This document shows, piece after piece, positions 58,375 through 64,000 of a stretch of DNA of 64,000 bases. Every line of letters begins with the position of its first letter. The first letter of the stretch is position 1. The stretch comes from an uncultured delta proteobacterium (GTDB lineage Bacteria; Myxococcota_A; Polyangia; Polyangiales; Houyiibacteriaceae), in assembly GCA_963699755.1 (NCBI GenBank), contig CAVOVB010000001.1, forward strand, positions 960,001-1,024,000, in the 5' to 3' direction. Made by a program: the position numbers and the translations under genes. A model generated the notes under the pieces. That model was given only the letters and a program-made list of their open reading frames with translations, ran no database searches and was not told the origin of the DNA.

Positions 58375-60027
58375 GTGAGCCCGCGCTTGCGACCGGGACG
58401 CTGGCTGCTCAGCCTGATCGCCTTTCTTCCTCTGGTCCCGCTGCTGGCCATGGATCTTTTCGTGCTGCCTTTCGCGTCCCCCGCGATCGCGATTGCGCAG
58501 GAGGCCGACACCAGGGGCGTGCCCTATCGTCCGGGCGACGTCGTTCCCATCCCGCCACCGGAGCAAGGGTCCGCGGACGACGAGCTTCGCGACCCGTACG
58601 GTGTCGCAGGCGAGGGGCGCCATGCGGATCAGGTCTCGTCGCAGGTCCGCTACGTCCTCGAGGGCATCGTCGTCGTTGGCAACAAGCGAACCAAGGCGAA
58701 GCTGATTCGAAAGTTCGTTCCACTAAAGCAAGGCGACTTCCTCGATCCCGAATCGACCGAGCTCTTGGCGACTGAATGGCGGCTGATGGGCACCGGTTGG
58801 TTCGACAGCGTCCGCATTAGCCTCGAGCGCGGCGCTGAGCACGGCTACGTCGTGCTGGTCGTCGAAGTGCGCGAGCGCAACACGATCGTGATCGAACAAC
58901 TGGTCGCTGGCCTGTCCGAAGGGGTGCGAAAGACCACCGACCGAGGCCGCACGCTGTTTCCCTGGCTGGGGTTCAAAATCACTGAAACCAACCTCGCGGG
59001 CCTCGGGATTGGCTTGTCCGGTACCGCATTGGTGAGCGAATTTCAGCAAGGGGGACGGCTGGACCTTCGGTACCCCAAGCTGATCAAGGGTGAGTACGAC
59101 GTCCGATTCGGGACGTATTTTCTCAACGGACGAGAGTTCTACGGGAACGGTCCCCTGGTCAGCGTCCCCTGCGGCCAGCCGACCTGCCCCGGCACTTCGG
59201 AAGTCACCGCTGCGGTGGTTCGCTATCGTCGGGGCGGCTTCATGGTCGGTACGGGCAAGGACTTCACGTCCAAGCTCCGCTACAGCCTCGACTGGATCGG
59301 CGAGATCGTCAGCGTCCTCAGTCGTCCCGAGGCGGCGAGTGAAACGGTTGGGAATGAGATCAAGCCGATCGAATTCGCGATAGAAGATGGCAGGAGCTTC
59401 GTCTCTTCGTTGCGCTTTGCACTGACCTTCGACAAGCGCGATGACCCTGGGATCACGAAGGAAGGCGTCTTGTTCGTTGGCGGTGTCATGCTCGGCACGC
59501 GGGCGCTTGGCAGCGACTACGACTTCATCAAGCTCGACGTTTGGGTGAGGCGCTGGTGGCGGCTTCCCTGGCTCCACACCATAAGGCTTGGCTTTTTTGG
59601 CGGCGCCGCTTTCGGCAACACACCGTTCTTCTATCTCTTTCACATCTCGGACCTCTCCGATCTCATCCCGTCGCGATTCCTCGAGATGCAGCTCGACGGG
59701 CGTCCACCGCCTAATCTTCTCGGCACCTCGATCGAGAACAACTATCTCGGCGAGCTGGCCTGGCGCCTCGACATCGAATACGACGTCCCCGTCTTCGAAC
59801 GACCTCGGGATCGCGGCCTCCGAGAGGTCAACCTCTACTTGCTGGTCGGCTTGATCTCCCTGTCGGACTTGCGAGACCAGCGCACTGGTTTCGGAGTGCT
59901 AAGCGGCTACGAAGGCGCGTCTCGATATCCACTCGACCTGACCTTCGACTTCGGATTCCGATTCGATACAAGCGTCGGTGTTTTCCAAGTCGGTCTCTCG
60001 ACAGTGGTGGGGTTCATCAGACTGTGA
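58375..60027 (+). CDS. Omp85/BamA-TamA-family outer-membrane protein with one POTRA domain
   Basis: IVVVGNKRTK...RLMGTGWFDSV...VEVRER POTRA, ETNLAGLG, FDKRDD, beta-strands. Start uncertain. Confidence 0.75.
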   Translation: MSPRLRPGRWLLSLIAFLPLVPLLAMDLFVLPFASPAIAIAQEADTRGVPYRPGDVVPIPPPEQGSADDELRDPYGVAGEGRHADQVSSQVRYVLEGIVVVGNKRTKAKLIRKFVPLKQGDFLDPESTELLATEWRLMGTGWFDSVRISLERGAEHGYVVLVVEVRERNTIVIEQLVAGLSEGVRKTTDRGRTLFPWLGFKITETNLAGLGIGLSGTALVSEFQQGGRLDLRYPKLIKGEYDVRFGTYFLNGREFYGNGPLVSVPCGQPTCPGTSEVTAAVVRYRRGGFMVGTGKDFTSKLRYSLDWIGEIVSVLSRPEAASETVGNEIKPIEFAIEDGRSFVSSLRFALTFDKRDDPGITKEGVLFVGGVMLGTRALGSDYDFIKLDVWVRRWWRLPWLHTIRLGFFGGAAFGNTPFFYLFHISDLSDLIPSRFLEMQLDGRPPPNLLGTSIENNYLGELAWRLDIEYDVPVFERPRDRGLREVNLYLLVGLISLSDLRDQRTGFGVLSGYEGASRYPLDLTFDFGFRFDTSVGVFQVGLSTVVGFIRL

Positions 60028-60617
60028 GACTTGCTCTTGCAGCCATGGTCCTGTTGATCGCCGCGGTTGCCTATGGGCAATCGCAGTTGCCCCTGCGCGA
60101 CTTCGGCGTCGCCTGGTCGCAAGGCGCAGCGAAGGTGTCGTTCTCCGCGATCGATCTAGCTGACGAGCGAGTACGTCGCGAGCTTTCGAGTGGCCTTCGC
60201 AAGCGCTTGGTAGTGACCGTCGGTGCGCACCTCAATGGATCCAACTGGCGGATGGGCGTGCGGCAGTTCGGCTGCGATGTGACCCGGGACCTCTGGGAGG
60301 ACGGCTATTTGGTTCGCATCGGCGATCGGAGCGAGCGGCTCGACACGCTCGAACAGGTGCTCGACCGTTGCCTGCTCGTGCAAGGCTTGTTCGTCGGCGA
60401 TCCGAAGAGCTACGAGCTGCAGAAGGGCAAGGACATCTACTTCGCCGTGAGGGCGGAGTTCAACCCCATCTCGAAGAAGCAGTGTAGCCAGCTCATTCAG
60501 CCAGCCACTGGTGGCGATCCGGTCGGTCCCATCAGCGTGAACATCGTCCGGCGCCGGATCTGCCGAGCCGAGCGAACCGTCGAGTTCCGAAGCCAGCTCC
60601 TCAGGGTGCCCGAATGA
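60024..60617 (+). CDS. Exported protein, DUF4390-like
   Basis: Signal peptide; ELSSGL...VTRDLWEDGY pattern; lies directly before an NtrY-like kinase. Confidence 0.55.
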   Translation: MRLALAAMVLLIAAVAYGQSQLPLRDFGVAWSQGAAKVSFSAIDLADERVRRELSSGLRKRLVVTVGAHLNGSNWRMGVRQFGCDVTRDLWEDGYLVRIGDRSERLDTLEQVLDRCLLVQGLFVGDPKSYELQKGKDIYFAVRAEFNPISKKQCSQLIQPATGGDPVGPISVNIVRRRICRAERTVEFRSQLLRVPE

Positions 60618-62125
60618 GCCGCTTCGAACGAAAGATCCTCTTTGCGATCGGCCTATCGGTGTTCTTAGCTCTCGGCGGCAGCATCTTCTTGGCTCAGGGA
60701 GCGCTCCGCGACGTGTACGCGGTTGGCGTCAACGAGCGCTTCGGCACTGAGCTCGTCCATGGTGTCGAGGCACGCCAGAGTCATCTGATGGCGCTTCGCA
60801 CGGGCTCTGACCAGGTCGCGGACGCCGTGGTGTGGGCAGTCGAAGCCGAGGTTGCGAAGAGGGGTGAAAAGTCAGCACTCGAAGCTGTCTTGCAGAACCT
60901 CCTCGAGCGCTACGAAGTCGTGCAAGGGATTCGTGTCGTCAATGCCGGGGACGAGGTGGTGGCGGAGGTCGCTCGTCCGCTCGATTCCTCTTCAGAGCCG
61001 CTCCGGAGCACCGTTCGGAAACGAGAAACACAACTGGGGGCCGGGAAGGTGCGGGTCGCGGTGGAGGTTGCCGTTCCCGAACGATACTTCGAGCGATTGC
61101 AAGAAGCGGGCGAGGTCGCCGACGTCTATTCGCGATTGCAGCGCCAAGGCGCATCGGTGTCGGACGTGTATGCCTGGGTCTTTGGCGTGCTCGCGTTTCT
61201 CGTGATCGTCGCTGCGTTCTTGATCGGTGCGATCGTGTCGCGGCGGGTGACGCGACGCGTGACCGACTTGGCCGAGGCCTCGCGCAAGGTCGGTGCTGGG
61301 GATCTCACGGTCTCGCTCCCCACAGGCGCCGAGGACGAGGTCGCCGAGCTAACCAAAGCTTTCAATCAGATGGTTCGCGACCTACGGGATTCGCGCACGC
61401 GCATCGAGTACTTGCAACGTATCGGCGCATGGCAGGACTTCGCGCGGCGTCTCGCCCACGAGATCAAGAACCCGCTCACGCCGATCCAACTCGCCGCTCA
61501 GGAAATGGATGAGACCTATACCGGCGAAGACAAAGCCTACCAAGAGAAGCTCGCGCACGCACGAGCGATCATCGAGGAAGAGGTTGCGACCCTCCGCCGT
61601 CTGGTCGGCGAGTTCAGCGCGTTTGCCAAGCTGCCGCAGGCCGATCTGTCGCCGTCGGATCTTTGTGAGCTCGTCCACAGCATCGAGAATTCGATCCCCG
61701 CGGTCCTCGAGGATCTAGGCGAAGGGGCCGCTCGGGCAGTGGAAGTTCGACTTAGTTGTGCAACGGAACCCATCGCCGTGCGTATGGACCCCATGATGCT
61801 CAAGCGCTGCGTCGACAACATCTTGCGAAATGCGATCCAGGCGGCGTCCCGCGAGCATCCACACGGAGGAGGCCTGGTCTTGCTCCGCGCATACCAGGGA
61901 GAGCGCAGAGCCTTCGTCGAAGTTCGCGACAACGGTCCCGGCATCGATGAGGAAAACTGGGAACGCGTTTTTGATCCCTATTACACGACCAAAGCGGAAG
62001 GCACCGGCCTCGGCTTGGCAATCGTGAAGAAGGTGGTCTTGGAGCACGGTGGCGAGGTTCGGCTGGATCGCGCGCCCGAAGGTGGAGCGCGATTCAGCAT
62101 CGAGCTACCCCTGATGGAGTCGTGA
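60614..62125 (+). CDS. NtrY-like HAMP sensor histidine kinase
   Basis: 2 TM helices, HAMP, AWQDFARRLAHEIKNPLTPI, N/G1/F/G2 boxes (DNGPG, GTGLGL). Confidence 0.92.
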   Translation: MSRFERKILFAIGLSVFLALGGSIFLAQGALRDVYAVGVNERFGTELVHGVEARQSHLMALRTGSDQVADAVVWAVEAEVAKRGEKSALEAVLQNLLERYEVVQGIRVVNAGDEVVAEVARPLDSSSEPLRSTVRKRETQLGAGKVRVAVEVAVPERYFERLQEAGEVADVYSRLQRQGASVSDVYAWVFGVLAFLVIVAAFLIGAIVSRRVTRRVTDLAEASRKVGAGDLTVSLPTGAEDEVAELTKAFNQMVRDLRDSRTRIEYLQRIGAWQDFARRLAHEIKNPLTPIQLAAQEMDETYTGEDKAYQEKLAHARAIIEEEVATLRRLVGEFSAFAKLPQADLSPSDLCELVHSIENSIPAVLEDLGEGAARAVEVRLSCATEPIAVRMDPMMLKRCVDNILRNAIQAASREHPHGGGLVLLRAYQGERRAFVEVRDNGPGIDEENWERVFDPYYTTKAEGTGLGLAIVKKVVLEHGGEVRLDRAPEGGARFSIELPLMES

Positions 62126-62670
62126 TGAACCAGCAGGAAAAGCCCCCGCAGCGAAGGTGGATTCACTGGTTCGTGACCGCGATGGTCTTCGTCGGGGCCT
62201 ATGCCTGGATGACCCGCGGCAACGCGTCCCCTCTCATGGGCAAACAAGCGCCCGAGCTGAGCATGGCCGTCGCCGCCGGGGCGGAGCCGGACGGTCCAAA
62301 CAAGGTGACCCTCTCGGAGATGGCTGGTGCTGTCGTCGTTTTGGACTTCTGGGCGAGCTGGTGCAGTGCCTGCAAACGCACCACTCCGATTCTCAATGAG
62401 CTCCGCGAGGAGTTCGCGGGGCAGGGTGTCGCATTCTACGCCGTCAACGTCGAGCCCATCGATCGCCAGAGTCTACAGGCGGCTCATGCAGCGTTTGGCA
62501 CGAAGTTTCCGAGCCTGCACGACCGGACCGGCACGGTTCAAAGGCGATATGCCGTCAAGATGCTTCCAACCGTGATCGTGGTAGGCACCGACGGCCTTGT
62601 TCGCTGGGCTTCGACGGGGGTCCCGAGCAAAATGCGCCTTCGAGGGGCGATTTCCGAGGCCCTTGACTAG
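62122..62670 (+). CDS. TlpA-family thiol-disulfide oxidoreductase
   Basis: N-terminal TM helix, LDFWASWCSAC, LPT cis-Pro. Confidence 0.88.
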   Translation: MMNQQEKPPQRRWIHWFVTAMVFVGAYAWMTRGNASPLMGKQAPELSMAVAAGAEPDGPNKVTLSEMAGAVVVLDFWASWCSACKRTTPILNELREEFAGQGVAFYAVNVEPIDRQSLQAAHAAFGTKFPSLHDRTGTVQRRYAVKMLPTVIVVGTDGLVRWASTGVPSKMRLRGAISEALD

Positions 62671-62768
62671 CCGGCTTCGGTCACGGTTGACGTCCTGGGA
62701 TCCCGCTGATAGTTTCGCCGGCCGCGCGGGGCCCACAGTGTAGGTTCCCCGGGAGTGGAGGAAATTCC

Positions 62769-63524
62769 TTGGTTCAAGCGCTTCAGGGTCCAAGCTTAGA
62801 GGAGCGAGTCGCCCAGCTTCAAGAGCTGCTGGATAGCGCCGATCCAAAGGCGCGCGAAGAGTATCAAGAGCGCTTCGACATCGCCTGGATCTATCACGAC
62901 AGCGCGCTCGAAGGCGTCGTGTACTCGATGGACGAGCTCCGGGCTGCCATCTACGACCAGGTCGCCGCCGACCCCACCCTCATTCCGGTCTACGACGAGA
63001 TTCGCAACCACATGGGCGCGATCGAAATGATTCGCGAGATGTCGTCGCGCCGCCGCTTCACACCCAACCTCGAGGTCATCAAAAAGCTATACGCTCAACT
63101 TGCACCCGAGGAGCTCGAAGGGAAGGGGCCACCGAAGTACCGCAAGGACATGCCGCTTCACCGCCTGTACTTCCACGAAATCTCGCAGCCCGACAAGATC
63201 AGTTATCGCATGCGTCAGCTCGTCGAATGGCTTTCCGATCCAGAAACCAAGAAGACGATGCATCCGGTTCGCATGGCGAGCAAGGCGCACTACCAGTTGC
63301 TTCACATCTATCCCTTTCCGCGACACAGCGGCAAGGTTGCACGGCTGGTGATGAATCTCATTCTCATGCGCGCCGGTTTTCCGCCCGTCGTGATCCATGC
63401 AACCGAGAGGCAACGCTACTACGAAGCGCTTCGCAGCGGTGAAGACGCAACGGCGAATTTGGTGAACCAGGCGCTTGGCGCGGCGATCGAAACTGCGATT
63501 CAGCACTTCGAAGACTTGAAGTGA
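62769..63524 (+). CDS. Fic-domain protein with non-canonical active site
   Basis: WIYHDSALEG, EIRNH, AHYQLLHIYPFPRHSGKVARL, RQRYYEAL. Confidence 0.8.
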   Translation: MVQALQGPSLEERVAQLQELLDSADPKAREEYQERFDIAWIYHDSALEGVVYSMDELRAAIYDQVAADPTLIPVYDEIRNHMGAIEMIREMSSRRRFTPNLEVIKKLYAQLAPEELEGKGPPKYRKDMPLHRLYFHEISQPDKISYRMRQLVEWLSDPETKKTMHPVRMASKAHYQLLHIYPFPRHSGKVARLVMNLILMRAGFPPVVIHATERQRYYEALRSGEDATANLVNQALGAAIETAIQHFEDLK

Positions 63525-63528
63525 CGCC

Positions 63529-63999
63529 CTAGAACGCGTCCCCGAGGAAGCGCGGAAGCGCCGAGATCGCTGCGAGATAATTGGCGCCGGCCTGAAGAGT
63601 TGCTTCCGCATTCTCAGGTGTAATTCCGCCGATGGCCACCAGTGGACGGGACAGGGCCTGTCGGACCTTCGCGAGCGTTGAAAGGCCGACCACGGGGTCG
63701 GGGTTGTCTTTGGTGTTGGTTTCGAAGACCGGGCCGAATGCGATCAGGTCTGCGCCCTCTGCTTCGGCGCGGAGGGCCTGTTCCAGGTTGTGCGTTGAAA
63801 TACCGATCTGGATGCCGCCAACGACCCGCCGTGCATCTGCGATGCAGAGATCATGTTGCCCGAGGTGCAGGCCATCCGCCTCGACGAGGTGCGCAATGTC
63901 TGCGCGATCGTTGACGACGAAGGGAACCCCCGCATGCTTGCACGCCGCGCGGACCCGCGTCGCGATCTTCAGGAACGCGAGGTCGTCGAGACGCTTCGC
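63529..63999 (-). CDS. thiE: Thiamine-phosphate synthase (N-terminus beyond the right edge)
   Basis: Not in ORF track. Manual translation: VVNDRAD...GLHLGQHD...GISTHN...FGPVFETNTK...VAIGGIT, stop at 63529. Confidence 0.92.
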   Translation of the reverse strand, partial: AKRLDDLAFLKIATRVRAACKHAGVPFVVNDRADIAHLVEADGLHLGQHDLCIADARRVVGGIQIGISTHNLEQALRAEAEGADLIAFGPVFETNTKDNPDPVVGLSTLAKVRQALSRPLVAIGGITPENAEATLQAGANYLAAISALPRFLGDAF

Positions 64000-64000
64000 G

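Overview
High-GC bacterial chromosome segment. Gene content suggests a myxobacterium (Myxococcota, probably Polyangiales-like); this is inference, not tested. The window spans the replication origin: dnaA-dnaN-recF, DnaA boxes on both sides of dnaA, a box/trio/AT-rich unwinding element before dnaN, and three parS-like palindromes 9-12 kb downstream. Most other genes are housekeeping: a stand-alone rpsD, rimO, aspS, dapE, clpB, rpsU, PPi-type PFK, RND pump, two J-domain chaperones, uvrB, serC, tRNA-Ala(CGC), bioFD, uppS-cdsA, glutamate dehydrogenase, partial thiE. The main accessory block is a ~12 kb minus-strand membrane-bound group 1 (probably 1f) [NiFe]-hydrogenase operon: small subunit, large subunit, cytochrome b, protease, lipoprotein cytochrome c, hypFCDE, a crotonase-fold gene, hypAB and a Ni transporter, followed by an SPFH gene. 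The best candidate for an undescribed system is the crotonase between hypE and hypA. It lacks both canonical hydratase glutamates, carries a Tyr/Glu motif resembling the CO-releasing domain of HypX, has no formyltransferase domain, and sits with a HypD whose signature motifs have diverged. That pattern suggests an alternative route to the CO ligand. No mobile element, prophage or CRISPR array was seen. All family calls come from motif recognition by eye; no searches were run.
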